Positions 19,279 through 29,824 of a stretch of 64,000 bases of DNA are shown here, one piece after another. The stretch's first letter is position 1, and every line of letters begins with the position of its first letter. The position numbers and the translations under genes were made by a program. A model generated the notes under the pieces. The model saw only the letters and a list, made by a program, of their open reading frames with translations. It was not told the DNA's origin and made no database searches. The stretch covers positions 1 to 64,000 of the forward strand of contig JBDHJS010000002.1 in NCBI GenBank assembly GCA_039586795.1, given 5' to 3'. This stretch comes from Gemmatimonadota bacterium (GTDB taxonomy: Bacteria; Gemmatimonadota; Gemmatimonadetes; Palauibacterales; KS3-K002).

Positions 19279-22200
19279 TGCGTCACCTGTTCCTCGGCGC
19301 CGCCAGCGTGAACCGCGACCAGGTCACGCACCACGGCGAGGAACTCGTCTCGGCCGCGGCCGCCCTTGCCGACGATTCGTTCGACTCCGCCGTTCAAGCG
19401 CCGTCGATCTTCGTCGGTCAGTTCCTTCGCCGTGAGCACCACGATCGGAATCGTCGACGTCTCTTCACGGGTGCGAACGGCTTCCAAGAACTCGAAACCA
19501 TCCATCTCCGGCATCATCAAGTCGAGAAGTACCAGGGCGGGTCGCTCTTCGGACAGCCGCTCCAGGGCCACGCGCCCGTTCTCCGCCTCCGCAACCGCCC
19601 AGCCCTCCTTCTCGAGCGTGCGCCTGATTAGCGTGCGCGTACTGTCGTCATCCTCGACGACCAGCACGGGCGCCGATGAATGATCGCTCCGGTATTTCCT
19701 CAGTATCGTCTTGAGCAGCTCGCGGTCTATCGGCTTCGTCATGTACTCCGACGCCCCCAACGCGAACCCCATGTTCTTTTCGTCGGCGATCGTGATCATT
19801 ACGACCGGGATCTTCGCCAGCGCCTTGTCCTCTTTGAGGGCGGTGAGCACAGCCCAGCCGTCCATCCCGGGCATCATTACATCAAGCGTGATCACGTCCG
19901 GCCGCAGCTTGCGGGCGGCCTTAAGACCGTCGGCGCCACTCGCCGCCACTTCGACGCTGTACCCTTCCTTGCCCAGCATGCGCATCATGATATTGCGCAC
20001 TGCCGGATCATCATCGATCACGAGCACCGTGCCCAGCGCCGCTCCCGGTTGCACCGTTTCCGGCTGCGATTCCACCTCACCGTGAGCTTGATCGATCAAC
20101 GACGGCGCCGTCGCCGGCAAGCGGACCGTGAACGTGCTCCCTTTGCCGGGCTCGCTCTCCACGGTCACGCCACCACCCATCATCTCACTGAACCGCTTGC
20201 TGATCGCCAGGCCGAGCCCCGTGCCGCCGTACTTGCTGGCCGTCGACACTTCGGCTTGCGCGAAGGCTTGGAACAAACGATCCAGCTGTTCGGGAGTCAT
20301 GCCGATACCGGTGTCCGAAACCAGGAAGACGAGGCTCTCGCCACTCCCGCCGTGGTTGTCACGCCTTGCCTCCAGCGTGATCGTACCGTTCTCGGTGAAC
20401 TTGCTGGCGTTGGACAGAAGATTCAGCAGCACCTGGCGAACTCGGGTCACGTCGGACTGCATCGTGCCCAGTTCACCCACCAGCTTCAGCTCGAGACGGT
20501 TAGAGTTCTTATCGATTAGCGGTCGAACTGTTGTCGCCACGCCTTCCACAGCATCGCGAACATCAAACGTCTCCAGGTACAGTTCCATCTTGCCAGCCTC
20601 GATCTTGGACAGATCGAGGATGTCATTGATGAGCGACAGAAGGTGCTTACCCGCCGAGTGAATCTTCTTCAGATCTGGTAAGAACTGGCCCTGACCTTCT
20701 TCCTGAGCGTCTTCTGCGAGCATCTCGCTGTATCCGATGATCGCGTTGAGCGGCGTGCGAAGCTCGTGGCTCATGTTGGCCAGAAACTGACTCTTCGATT
20801 CGTTGGCCGCTTCCGCATCGCGACGCGCCTTCAGTAGCTCCGTGATGTCGTGGTAGAGCGCCATGGCGCCCACGCGTTCGCCGCCCACCATCACCGGAAT
20901 CGTGAAGATCTCCACATTGATGAGCTGGCCGTCCCTACGCCGCCGAATGCCCGTGCCGGCCGTCGCTCGGCCGCTCATCGCCTCGTCGGTGTAACCGCGC
21001 GCCTCCGCGAACGTCTCGTCCGTTGTGACCAGCGTGTCGATGTTCTGTCCCAGCACTTCGTCTTCCGAGTAGCCAAACATCTTCTCGAACGCCGGGTTGC
21101 ACGATGTGATATTCATATCGAGGTCGACGTTCACGATCGCCACTGGATTGTTTAGGACAAGGTCCTCGAAGTAGCTCTGCGCCGCCGAGAACAGCGTCGC
21201 GTTCTCGATCGCGATGGCGGCCTGCGGCGCGAACAACTGCAGCAAGCGCAGATCCTCCGACCCGAATTCCCGCGACGGGTCGGAATGGACCGCCGCTATG
21301 GCGCCCACCAGACGGTTGCCGATCAACAGAGGCGCGACCATCACCGTCTGCACGGTGTCCTGGGCATAGTTTGCGGACCGACCGAGCCACTCCTGGTATC
21401 GCGGGATGATCAACGGCTCTCGGGTTTCGGCTACCTTGCCCATCGCGCCCTCACCCAACGCCATGCGCTGACCTACCGCGTCCGTGCCCATGTTGTGGCT
21501 CGCCGCGATCAGAAGCTCTCTGCGTGAATCATCCCAGGTCGCCAGCTCGCCGCCGGTCACGTTGAGTAACGAAACGGCTCGCTCCAACACGCCGTGCAGG
21601 ACGTTCGACAACTCCAACTCGCCGGACAGGTCCTTCATCGTGTCCAGCAGGGCTTGCTGCTCTTCGGCTCGTCGCCGCTCCGCATCGAACAGCCGCGCGT
21701 TCTCGATGGCGATCGCCGCCTGGGGCGCGAACATCGTCAGCCGCCTCAGGTCCGCCTCGCCGAACTTCCGCTCGGGATCGGAGTGAACACTGGCGATAGC
21801 GCCCACCAGACGGTTGCCGATCAACAGCGGCGCCGACATCACCGCCTGAACACTGCTCTGCGTGTACTTATCCGACCGGCCCTCCCACTCCTGGTAGCGC
21901 GGGATGATCAGCGGCCCCCGCGTCTGCGCCACGTGGCCCATCGCCCCTTCGCCCAGAGACATTCGAACGCCGACGGCGTTGGACGGCATATTGTGGCTGG
22001 CCGAGATCTCCAGCTGCTCCCGGTCGGCGTCATAGATCGCCAACTCGCCGCCAGTCACGCCCAGCAAACTGACCGCACGTTCCAACACCGCCTGCAGCAA
22101 CTTCGTTAGCTCCAGCTCGCCGGACAGGTCACCCAGCGTATCGAGAAGCGCTTGCTGCTCGGAGGCACGCTCGTGCTCGGCGCTGAATAGGCGCGCGTTC

Positions 22201-23087
22201 TCGATCGCAATCGCGGCCTGGGCAGCGAAGAGGTTGAGCAGCCGCAGATCGGCCTCTCCGAACTCGCGCCCTGGATCAGAGTGCACGCTGGCAATCGCCC
22301 CGACGAGGCGCGAACCGATGAGCAGCGGCGTGACCATGACCGCCTGTACAGAGGTCTGCGTGTACTTGTCCGACCGGCCTTCCCACTCCTGGTAGTTCGG
22401 GATGATCAACGGCTCGTGGGTCACGGCGACGTGGCCCATCCCGCCTTCGCCCACAGCCATCCGGGCCCCGACAGCGTTCGTCTCCATGTTGTGGCTGGCG
22501 ACGATGACCAGTTCCTCCGCTGCCTCGTCGAAGACGGCCAGCTCACCACCCGTGACGCTCAGCAGCTCGACGGCGCGTTCCAGCACCACCTGAAGCAAGC
22601 GATCGAGTTCCAACTCCCCTGACAGGTCGGCTAGCGTCGCCAGCAGGGCTCGCTGCTCGGCGGTTCGCAGCCGTTCCGCCTGCAGCAGCCGGGCGCGGCC
22701 GATACCGATGCTGGCCTGGTTGGCCGCGGCGGTCAGAATCTCGACGTCGCCTTTGTCGAAGGCCCGCTTCCGATCTCGCTGCACCACGAGCTCACCGATG
22801 GCGCTTTGGCCGGCCTTCAATGGGATCTTCAGCTCGGACACGTCCGCACCGCCTTCGCCGAACTCGCCGGCGCTCGCCTTGAGCGACGGCTCGAAGCTCG
22901 AGGTGCCCGCCAGAAACAGTCCGACCGCATCGAAGCCGAACATCTCATGACGCAGACCCTCCACCACGCTTCGACAGACCTCGTCCTCGCTCTGCGCTTC
23001 CGCGATCCGCGTGCTCAGATTGAGCAGCGCCGAGCGCATGTGAGCGACTGAGGCCTCGCTTGATGCTTTCCGTGCCGGTTCCTGCAT
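19275..23087 (-). CDS. Hybrid sensor histidine kinase: GAF(short)-GAF-GAF-GAF-PAS-HisKA-HATPase-REC-REC
   Basis: Three 166-aa GAF repeats, HK boxes, two receivers ([15 protein letters not shown]). Confidence 0.93.
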   Translation of the reverse strand: MQEPARKASSEASVAHMRSALLNLSTRIAEAQSEDEVCRSVVEGLRHEMFGFDAVGLFLAGTSSFEPSLKASAGEFGEGGADVSELKIPLKAGQSAIGELVVQRDRKRAFDKGDVEILTAAANQASIGIGRARLLQAERLRTAEQRALLATLADLSGELELDRLLQVVLERAVELLSVTGGELAVFDEAAEELVIVASHNMETNAVGARMAVGEGGMGHVAVTHEPLIIPNYQEWEGRSDKYTQTSVQAVMVTPLLIGSRLVGAIASVHSDPGREFGEADLRLLNLFAAQAAIAIENARLFSAEHERASEQQALLDTLGDLSGELELTKLLQAVLERAVSLLGVTGGELAIYDADREQLEISASHNMPSNAVGVRMSLGEGAMGHVAQTRGPLIIPRYQEWEGRSDKYTQSSVQAVMSAPLLIGNRLVGAIASVHSDPERKFGEADLRRLTMFAPQAAIAIENARLFDAERRRAEEQQALLDTMKDLSGELELSNVLHGVLERAVSLLNVTGGELATWDDSRRELLIAASHNMGTDAVGQRMALGEGAMGKVAETREPLIIPRYQEWLGRSANYAQDTVQTVMVAPLLIGNRLVGAIAAVHSDPSREFGSEDLRLLQLFAPQAAIAIENATLFSAAQSYFEDLVLNNPVAIVNVDLDMNITSCNPAFEKMFGYSEDEVLGQNIDTLVTTDETFAEARGYTDEAMSGRATAGTGIRRRRDGQLINVEIFTIPVMVGGERVGAMALYHDITELLKARRDAEAANESKSQFLANMSHELRTPLNAIIGYSEMLAEDAQEEGQGQFLPDLKKIHSAGKHLLSLINDILDLSKIEAGKMELYLETFDVRDAVEGVATTVRPLIDKNSNRLELKLVGELGTMQSDVTRVRQVLLNLLSNASKFTENGTITLEARRDNHGGSGESLVFLVSDTGIGMTPEQLDRLFQAFAQAEVSTASKYGGTGLGLAISKRFSEMMGGGVTVESEPGKGSTFTVRLPATAPSLIDQAHGEVESQPETVQPGAALGTVLVIDDDPAVRNIMMRMLGKEGYSVEVAASGADGLKAARKLRPDVITLDVMMPGMDGWAVLTALKEDKALAKIPVVMITIADEKNMGFALGASEYMTKPIDRELLKTILRKYRSDHSSAPVLVVEDDDSTRTLIRRTLEKEGWAVAEAENGRVALERLSEERPALVLLDLMMPEMDGFEFLEAVRTREETSTIPIVVLTAKELTDEDRRRLNGGVERIVGKGGRGRDEFLAVVRDLVAVHAGGAEEQVTQ

Positions 23088-23102
23088 GGGTTCTCTGTTT
23101 CT

Positions 23103-25730
23103 CTAGGTGGGCACGGCCGTTGGCAACCGCACTGTGAACGTGGAGCCCACGCCGGCTTCGCTTTCCAGCGTCACATCTCCGCCCATCATCTGGCAGAAGC
23201 TGCGCGAGATCGCCAAGCCGAGCCCCGTGCCTCCATACCGCTTCGATGTAGACGTCTCGGCCTGAGAGAACGGCTCGAATAGCTTCGCCGCCTGCTCCGG
23301 CGTCATACCTATCCCGGTATCGCTAACGCTGAACACGATCTCGTCCTCACCGTTACCAAGCGTCTCGCGCTGCACCGCTAGGGTGACCGTCCCTTTTTCC
23401 GTGAACTTCGCCGCGTTCGACAGAAGGTTCAGCAGCACCTGCCGCGTCCGCGTCAGATCGGAATGCATGGTCCCTAGATCCACGTCACAGCGCAGCACGA
23501 AGTCGTTCTCGTTCTTCTCGACCAGCGGCCGAACCGTCGTCGCCACCTCCTCGATCGTGGCTCCGACGTCGAACGTCTCTGGCGTCAACTCCATCTTCCC
23601 GGCCTCGATCTTCGAGAGGTCCAGGATGTCGTTGATCAGAGTCAACAGGTGAGATCCAGCGGAGTGGATCTTCTGAAGATCGAGAACGAAGTCGTCTTTG
23701 CCGTCCGCCGACGCGTCTTCCTGCAACATCTCGCTGTAGCCGAGAATCGCGTTGAGCGGCGTGCGAAGCTCGTGGCTCATACTGGCCAGGAACTGGCTCT
23801 TGGCGCTGTTGGCCGCCTCGGCATCGCGCCGGGCCTCCAGCAGCTCCGTGATGTCATGGTACAGCGCCATCAGGCCCAAGCGCTCTCCGTCCACCACCAC
23901 CGGAACGCCGAGCACCTCCACATCGACCGTGCTCCCATCCTTCCGGCGACGCTGGCTGATCACTTTCACCGGACTGCTCTTCAGCGCCTGCTCGGTATAC
24001 GCGACGGCCTCCAAGCGCGTCTCCTCGGTCGTGATCAGGTCGTCCAGATTCCGGCCCACGACTTCGTCCTGCCTGTAGCCGTACATCGTCTCGAATGCGG
24101 GGTTGCACGACACCGCGTTGTGAGCCGAATCCAGCGTCACGATGGCCACGGGACTGTTCTGCACCAGCTCCTCGAAGTACTGCTTCTGCTGGCGAGCAGC
24201 CGTGTACAGCCTCGCGTTCTCGATGGCGATCGCCGCCTGCGGCGCGAAGAGCTGGAGCAGGCGTAGCTCCTCCGATCCCAGCTCCCGGGACGGGTCCGAG
24301 TGCACCGCCGCGATCACGCCCACCAGGCGGTTGCCGATCATCAACGGCGCCGCCATGACTGTCTGGACAGTGTCCTGAGTGTATTTCGCCGAGCGTCCTA
24401 GCCACTCCTGATAGCGCGGGATGATCAGCGGCTCCCGCTTCTCCGCCACGTGGCCCATCGCGCCCTCGCCCAGCGCCATCCGCTGGCCTACCGCGTCGGT
24501 CCCCATGTTGTGGCTCGCCGAGATCAGCAGTTCTTTGCTCGAGACGTCCCACGTCGCCAGCTCGCCGCCCGTCACGTCGAGCAGCGACACGGCTCGCTCC
24601 AGCACGCCATGCAAGACCTTCGACAGCTCCAGCTCGCCCGACAGGTCCTTCATCGTGTCCAGCAGAGCTTCCTGCTCCTCGGCGCGTCGCCGTTCGGCAT
24701 CGAATAGCCGCGCTTTCTCGATAGCGACCGCCGCCTGGGGCGCGAACATCGTCAGACGCCGCAGGTCAGAATCGCCGAACTCCCGGTCCGGGTCTTTGTC
24801 CATGACCGCTATGGCGCCCACCAACTGCCCGCCCATCAATAGCGGGGCAACCATCACGCCGTGGAACTCGACCTGCTCGTACTGCTCCGACTGACCCGAC
24901 CATTCCTGGTATCTCGAGATGATCAGCGGCTCCCGGGTGAGAGCGACGTGGCCCATCGCTCCTTCGCCAACCCCCATCCGGATACCCGTCGTGTCTCTCT
25001 TTCCGACGTTTTGGCTGGCGACGATCACTAGCTCCTCCCGCTCGCGCTCGTAGATTGCCAGCTCGCCGTGGCTCACCCGCAGCAGTGCAACCGCTCGGTC
25101 GAGTACGGCCTGCAGCAACGTCGACAGCTCGATCTTCTCCGATAGGTCCGCCAGCGTGGCGAGCAGCGCCTCGTGCTCATCCGCCCGCTGGCGCTCAGCA
25201 GCCAGCAGGCGGGCACGTCCAATGGCGATCCCCGACTGGTTGGCTGCTGCCCTCAGGATCTCGAAGTCGTCCGGCCCGAACGCGTGAGGCTGGTTGCTCT
25301 CGACCACCAGCACGCCGACCAGCTCGTTGTTGATCTGGATCGGGACATCGACCTCCGAACCCTCGTTGCGGGTTGGCAGGTAGCGTGTGTCCTGAGTCAC
25401 TTCGGCGGTGTAGTGGAGTCGTCCGTCCAGCAGCGGCCGCTCGCTCAAACCCCGGCCCGGCTGCACCCGGAGGCCCTCCGGAGCGTCGGCCAAGCCCACG
25501 CTGGCCACGACCACACGGTCACCCGTCGCCTCGTCCACCAGAAGCAGCGCCACGAAGTCGTAGCCCAGCGCCTCGTCGTAGAGCCCGTTCACGACCGCAC
25601 CGCAGATCTCGCTCTCGGTCTCCGCGCTGCCGATGGCCGTGCTCAAGCGCAACAACGCCGCCTGGCGGCGCAGCAGTCCAGTCTTCCTCTTCGTCATCTC
25701 CGGGCGAGACGGCGTTTGCGGCCCAGCCAT
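23103..25730 (-). CDS. Soluble sensor histidine kinase: GAF-GAF-GAF-PAS-HisKA-HATPase
   Basis: HK boxes, three GAF domains, PAS; paralogous to the two downstream kinases. Confidence 0.93.
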   Translation of the reverse strand: MAGPQTPSRPEMTKRKTGLLRRQAALLRLSTAIGSAETESEICGAVVNGLYDEALGYDFVALLLVDEATGDRVVVASVGLADAPEGLRVQPGRGLSERPLLDGRLHYTAEVTQDTRYLPTRNEGSEVDVPIQINNELVGVLVVESNQPHAFGPDDFEILRAAANQSGIAIGRARLLAAERQRADEHEALLATLADLSEKIELSTLLQAVLDRAVALLRVSHGELAIYEREREELVIVASQNVGKRDTTGIRMGVGEGAMGHVALTREPLIISRYQEWSGQSEQYEQVEFHGVMVAPLLMGGQLVGAIAVMDKDPDREFGDSDLRRLTMFAPQAAVAIEKARLFDAERRRAEEQEALLDTMKDLSGELELSKVLHGVLERAVSLLDVTGGELATWDVSSKELLISASHNMGTDAVGQRMALGEGAMGHVAEKREPLIIPRYQEWLGRSAKYTQDTVQTVMAAPLMIGNRLVGVIAAVHSDPSRELGSEELRLLQLFAPQAAIAIENARLYTAARQQKQYFEELVQNSPVAIVTLDSAHNAVSCNPAFETMYGYRQDEVVGRNLDDLITTEETRLEAVAYTEQALKSSPVKVISQRRRKDGSTVDVEVLGVPVVVDGERLGLMALYHDITELLEARRDAEAANSAKSQFLASMSHELRTPLNAILGYSEMLQEDASADGKDDFVLDLQKIHSAGSHLLTLINDILDLSKIEAGKMELTPETFDVGATIEEVATTVRPLVEKNENDFVLRCDVDLGTMHSDLTRTRQVLLNLLSNAAKFTEKGTVTLAVQRETLGNGEDEIVFSVSDTGIGMTPEQAAKLFEPFSQAETSTSKRYGGTGLGLAISRSFCQMMGGDVTLESEAGVGSTFTVRLPTAVPT

Positions 25731-25950
25731 CGAGTCGCAGCTATGCTGAAGTTTCGGCTACATGCTGGTGCGGGGGGTCCAGCGTCAGTCGCAGCGCGAT
25801 ACGCGGGGAGCCGCGCCAGGGACGTAGGCAAGATGAGCGCACGAGGCCACCTCCCTTTGGCAAAGATAGTCGGGTAGCCTGAGAATATGGCCAGAGCGGG
25901 TGGAAGGGGCAACTTTTAACCAGGTTTGCGAAATAGTGCGGCCGGGTCGA

Positions 25951-26049
25951 GGTAGACGGTCGACAGTCGACGGTCGACGGTAAGCAAGCTAGGTCGTATT
26001 CCTCGGCCTCTACCGTCCACTGTCTACCGTCTACTGTCTACTGCTTACC
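25951..26049. repeat. Inverted arrays of heptamer repeats (consensus RGTMGAC) forming an imperfect hairpin
   Basis: GGTAGAC GGTCGAC AGTCGAC GGTCGAC GGTAAGC ... CTCTACC GTCCACT GTCTACC GTCTACT GTCTACT GCTTACC. Confidence 0.8.
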
Positions 26050-26101
26050 CTGCAAGCAGTGTCATGTTGTTGTCGGACAACAAGTTATAACACGCGCACT
26101 C

Positions 26102-26491
26102 TCAGCGCCGCAGACTCCGACCCAATGCGGCGCCGAACAGCACCAGCAGCGGGGCCGTCCAGAAACCTGGATAGTAGCCCCACTCGATGACCGTGATCAT
26201 GATGTGGCTGGTGCCGTTCAGGATCTCCAGGATCGCCCAGACTTTGGCTAGCCGCAGGGCCCAGCGTCGGCCGGCGGAGACAGAGGGCGTAGCCGCAGCT
26301 AACAGAATCAGAATGGCGATGTGGAAGAGGACGAAGAACTCCGGCGGCACTGACGAGAGGGGCGACAGCTCCTGGTAGCCAGATACGTAGTCCTCGAAGG
26401 TGTGTATGAAACGGGCAAAGATGAGGCCCGGATACAGGTGCCTTCCCGCCGACAGGTGGTGATGGTGGACCGTTATGTCTCGTGTGGCCAA
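26102..26491 (-). CDS. HXXEE-domain-like small membrane protein (possibly degenerate)
   Basis: HTFED in place of HxxEE, NGTSH and [11 protein letters not shown] family motifs; atypical N-terminus. Confidence 0.55.
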   Translation of the reverse strand: MATRDITVHHHHLSAGRHLYPGLIFARFIHTFEDYVSGYQELSPLSSVPPEFFVLFHIAILILLAAATPSVSAGRRWALRLAKVWAILEILNGTSHIMITVIEWGYYPGFWTAPLLVLFGAALGRSLRR

Positions 26492-27948
26492 TTCGAGTCT
26501 CCCAGCCCGCTACTGCCATGCGAGGGACGAGGGCGATCCCGGCGCCGCGAGTAGCTCCCGGCGTCGTTGCGGCTGATCCGCCGCTTGGCGACCAGACCCT
26601 CGAGCACGACTTCGCTGGCGACGACGAGGCTGGCCCGCTCGGCGATGCCCGGCTCGGCGGGAACGGCTGTCCTGGCCAGCTCCACCAGCCCCGGCACAGT
26701 CTCGAAGCCCTTGAGACAAGCCTCGGCGCTCGATAGCTCGGCGACCTGCAGCGCTCCGCCGTTGTCGAAGTAATCGACGATCGGCCCCGCGTCCTCCTCG
26801 ACGAAGTACTCGTCGAACGTCGCGCCGGCGGCCCTCGAGATCAAGTCGCGGGCGATCTTCTCCCCACCCTCGAGCTCACCCTCGTACTCCAGCTCCAGCT
26901 TGCCGGTGATAGACGGGAGCGAGGCGTAGACGTCGGAAACCCAGGGCACGACCAGCGTCTCCTGGTTGGCCAGCGATCGGCGCTCGGCGTTGGAGATGAC
27001 ACTCTCCATCACGGTGATCGGGAGGCGCTGGGAGACGCCTGAACGACGGTCGATCCGCTGGTCCTCACGCGCCTCAAAGGCGACGCGCTCGACGATCTCC
27101 TTGATCATGCGCGGGACCTGGATGGGCCGCTCGCCACGGTCGATCCACGCCTCCTGCTCGGTAATCTGGACACCGTATTCGAGATCCTGAGGATAGTGGG
27201 TCATGATCTCGGCGCCGATGCGGTCCTTTAGCGGTGTGATGATCTTGCCCCGGGCCGTGTAGTCTTCCGGGTTGGCGGTGAACACGAGGACGGCATCAAG
27301 CGAGAGACGAATCGGGTAGCCCTTAATCTGGACGTCGCCCTCCTGCATGATGTTGAACAGCCCCACCTGGATCTTGCCCGCCAGATCGGGCAACTCGTTG
27401 ACGGCGAAGATCCCGCGGTTCGCCCGGGGTAGAAGACCGTAGTGAATGGTGAGCTCGTCGGACAGCACGTGTCCACCTCGCGCCGCACGGATCGGATCGA
27501 CGTCACCGATGATGTCCGCGATCGTCACGTCCGGGGTCGCCAGCTTCTCGACGTAGCGTTGATCACGGGGCACCCAATCGATGGGCGTATCTTCACCGTG
27601 CTCCTCGACCAGCAGTCTGCCGTACTTGCTGATCGGATGGAACGGGTCGTCGTTGACCTCCGAGCCGGCGATGATCGGGACCCGCTCGTCCAGCAAGGTG
27701 ACGAGATCGCGCAGGATGCGGCTCTTCGCCTGGCCGCGCAGCCCGAGGAGAATGAAGTTATGACGGGCCAGAACCGCGTTCACCAACTGGGGAACCACCG
27801 TGTCCTCGTACCCGAGGATACCTGGGAAGAGCGGTTCCTGCGCCTCGAGCTTGCGAATCAAGTTCGCCCGCATCTCGTCCTTCACGGAACGCGGGCAGTG
27901 GCCGGACTTCTTTAGTTCTCCGAGCGTCTTTGGAAGCGGCTGGGGCAT
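26473..27948 (-). CDS. Magnesium-chelatase-like / MoxR-type AAA+ ATPase
   Basis: Walker A variant GLRGQAKS, Walker B variant [27 protein letters not shown]. Confidence 0.88.
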   Translation of the reverse strand: MPQPLPKTLGELKKSGHCPRSVKDEMRANLIRKLEAQEPLFPGILGYEDTVVPQLVNAVLARHNFILLGLRGQAKSRILRDLVTLLDERVPIIAGSEVNDDPFHPISKYGRLLVEEHGEDTPIDWVPRDQRYVEKLATPDVTIADIIGDVDPIRAARGGHVLSDELTIHYGLLPRANRGIFAVNELPDLAGKIQVGLFNIMQEGDVQIKGYPIRLSLDAVLVFTANPEDYTARGKIITPLKDRIGAEIMTHYPQDLEYGVQITEQEAWIDRGERPIQVPRMIKEIVERVAFEAREDQRIDRRSGVSQRLPITVMESVISNAERRSLANQETLVVPWVSDVYASLPSITGKLELEYEGELEGGEKIARDLISRAAGATFDEYFVEEDAGPIVDYFDNGGALQVAELSSAEACLKGFETVPGLVELARTAVPAEPGIAERASLVVASEVVLEGLVAKRRISRNDAGSYSRRRDRPRPSHGSSGLGDSNWPHET

Positions 27949-27975
27949 GAGTGTCCTACTGGTTAAGGTTGTCCT

Positions 27976-29202
27976 CTACGCTGTAACGCCCGCCTGCGTT
28001 TCGGCCCGGGCTTTCGGTCGCGCGGGTGTCTTAATCATAAACACTACGGCGAAGGCGGCCGCAAGGGCCATCAGTACCGAGTTCATGACGAACGGTGCTG
28101 CCGGTGTGAATGTTCCAAACACCCAGCCACCCAGCGCAGCGCCCATCATCCGGGCAAACGCCGACAACGACTGCATCACGCCTAGCACCGATCCCTGCTG
28201 GTCTTCTTCCGTCGCCTGCGACGAGAGGCTGGTTAGGGTCGGCCAGTTGATCCCGGTGCCCAGGGACAGAGGTATGAGGGCTATGCAAAGCAGGGGAAGG
28301 CCATGGGTGATCGGAAAGAACAGGTACGCGATGACCAGAATGCCGGTGCCGAAGACCAGCAGGCGCCGCTCGGTGAAGCGGCGGGCGAGCGGCCCGATCA
28401 TCCGGCCCTGCACGATCGCCATCAGCAGACCGAAGTAGGCCATCAGGTAGCCCGCGTGGCGGGCATCGTACCCCATGTCCGTATCGAGCCACATCGGGAA
28501 CACAGTCGTGAACACGGCGAAGACCAACGTGGCCAGGGCGTAGATCCCCATCAGCGCTCGTACCTCTGACTGGTCGATCAGAGCCACCGTGTCCTTCACC
28601 CGTCTAGCCAGCCCCGCCACCTGCCGCGCGCGGGCTCGAGATCGGATCTCCGGTAGCAGCGATTCGGGCAGATAGAAGAAGGCCGCCACGGCGTTGGCGA
28701 ACGACAGGGCCGCAGCGAAGAATCCCGGCACGGCATACCCGAACTGAACCAGGCTGCCGCCGATCGCCGGACCGGCTATGAAACCGAGGCCAAACGCTGC
28801 TCCCACCAGCCCCATCCCTCGCGTCCGGTTCTCCAGGTCAGTTGTATCCGCAATGTAGGCCTGTGCCACCGAAATGTTCGCACCGGCGATGCCGGCCATC
28901 ATTCGCGAAACCAGCAGCAACCAGAGATCGGTAGCGAACGCGAAGATCAGATAGGAGAGTGCGGAACCGACTAGTCCTAGCAGAAGAATCGGGCGACGGC
29001 CGAGGCGATCCGACAGACGGCCCCAGATCGGCCCGAAAACCAACTGCATCGCAGGGTGCGCCCCAACGATGATCCCTATTATTGCCGGCGTGGCGCCCAG
29101 ATCCTGAGCGTAGAACGGTAGCATCGGCAGGACGATCCCAAACCCTATGAGATCGATGAATATCGTCAGGAATACGATCGTCAGCCGCGACAACTCGGCC
29201 AT
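27976..29202 (-). CDS. MFS transporter, TetA-like DHA1 family
   Basis: Motif A GRLSDRLGRRP, antiporter motif GFIAGPAIGG. Confidence 0.9.
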   Translation of the reverse strand: MAELSRLTIVFLTIFIDLIGFGIVLPMLPFYAQDLGATPAIIGIIVGAHPAMQLVFGPIWGRLSDRLGRRPILLLGLVGSALSYLIFAFATDLWLLLVSRMMAGIAGANISVAQAYIADTTDLENRTRGMGLVGAAFGLGFIAGPAIGGSLVQFGYAVPGFFAAALSFANAVAAFFYLPESLLPEIRSRARARQVAGLARRVKDTVALIDQSEVRALMGIYALATLVFAVFTTVFPMWLDTDMGYDARHAGYLMAYFGLLMAIVQGRMIGPLARRFTERRLLVFGTGILVIAYLFFPITHGLPLLCIALIPLSLGTGINWPTLTSLSSQATEEDQQGSVLGVMQSLSAFARMMGAALGGWVFGTFTPAAPFVMNSVLMALAAAFAVVFMIKTPARPKARAETQAGVTA

Positions 29203-29302
29203 ACCTCCGCGCCAGGGGAAGCCGAGAGTCTAGCACGAAGAGGCGGTGGGCGGTAGGTGGTTCTAGCGCGCCGACCCCCTCGCGACTTACCCTGCTCAGG
29301 TC

Positions 29303-29824
29303 ATGACCAACCTGCTGCTCATGCTCCGCGGCGGCGACCGTCGTTCGATCGGTCGGGCGGACGAGGTCGCTGCTCTGGTGATGAAGGACCCGTCGCTGTT
29401 CGGCGAGCTGTTCGATGGAATGCTCGCCGACGATCCTATCGTTCGTATGAGAGCCGCCGACGCGGTGGAGAAGGTAACCGCCGAGCGCCCCGACCTGCTT
29501 CAGCCGTACAAGAGGAAGTTGATCGGACGTGTCGCTCGCATCGACCAGCAGGAAGTACGTTGGCATTTTGCGCAAATCGCACCCCGCCTCGACTGGACCG
29601 ACAAGCAACGCTCGAGAGTCATCGACATCCTGCTGAGCTATATGGAGGACGAGAGCGCCATCGTGAGGACGTTCTCTTTGCAGGCGCTGGTCGATCTAGC
29701 TGGGGATGACGCGACACGACTACGACGCAAGGCGATCAAGCTGTGCGAGGAAGCGCTGGAGACCGGCCCCAAATCGATGCAAAGTCGCGCACGAAAGCTG
29801 CTGACAAAGTTCAGACAACATTAG
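29303..29824 (+). CDS. HEAT/ARM-repeat-like conserved hypothetical protein
   Basis: DDPIVRMRAADAVEK and DESAIVRTFSLQAL helical repeats. Confidence 0.7.
   Translation: MTNLLLMLRGGDRRSIGRADEVAALVMKDPSLFGELFDGMLADDPIVRMRAADAVEKVTAERPDLLQPYKRKLIGRVARIDQQEVRWHFAQIAPRLDWTDKQRSRVIDILLSYMEDESAIVRTFSLQALVDLAGDDATRLRRKAIKLCEEALETGPKSMQSRARKLLTKFRQH

Noticed and set aside
21200..24740. Near-duplicate GAF segments considered as the TR/VR pair of a diversity-generating retroelement
   Set aside because: No reverse transcriptase is present, both copies are in-frame coding, and the differences look mostly synonymous rather than adenine-specific.
25951..26049. Periodic repeats here and at 42450-42543 and 50367-50602 considered as CRISPR arrays
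   Set aside because: Units are 6-8 bp with no unique spacers, and there are no cas genes in the window.
27976..29202. TetA-like transporter as an acquired resistance gene
   Set aside because: No tetR or mobile element nearby; it fits an ordinary chromosomal DHA1 transporter.
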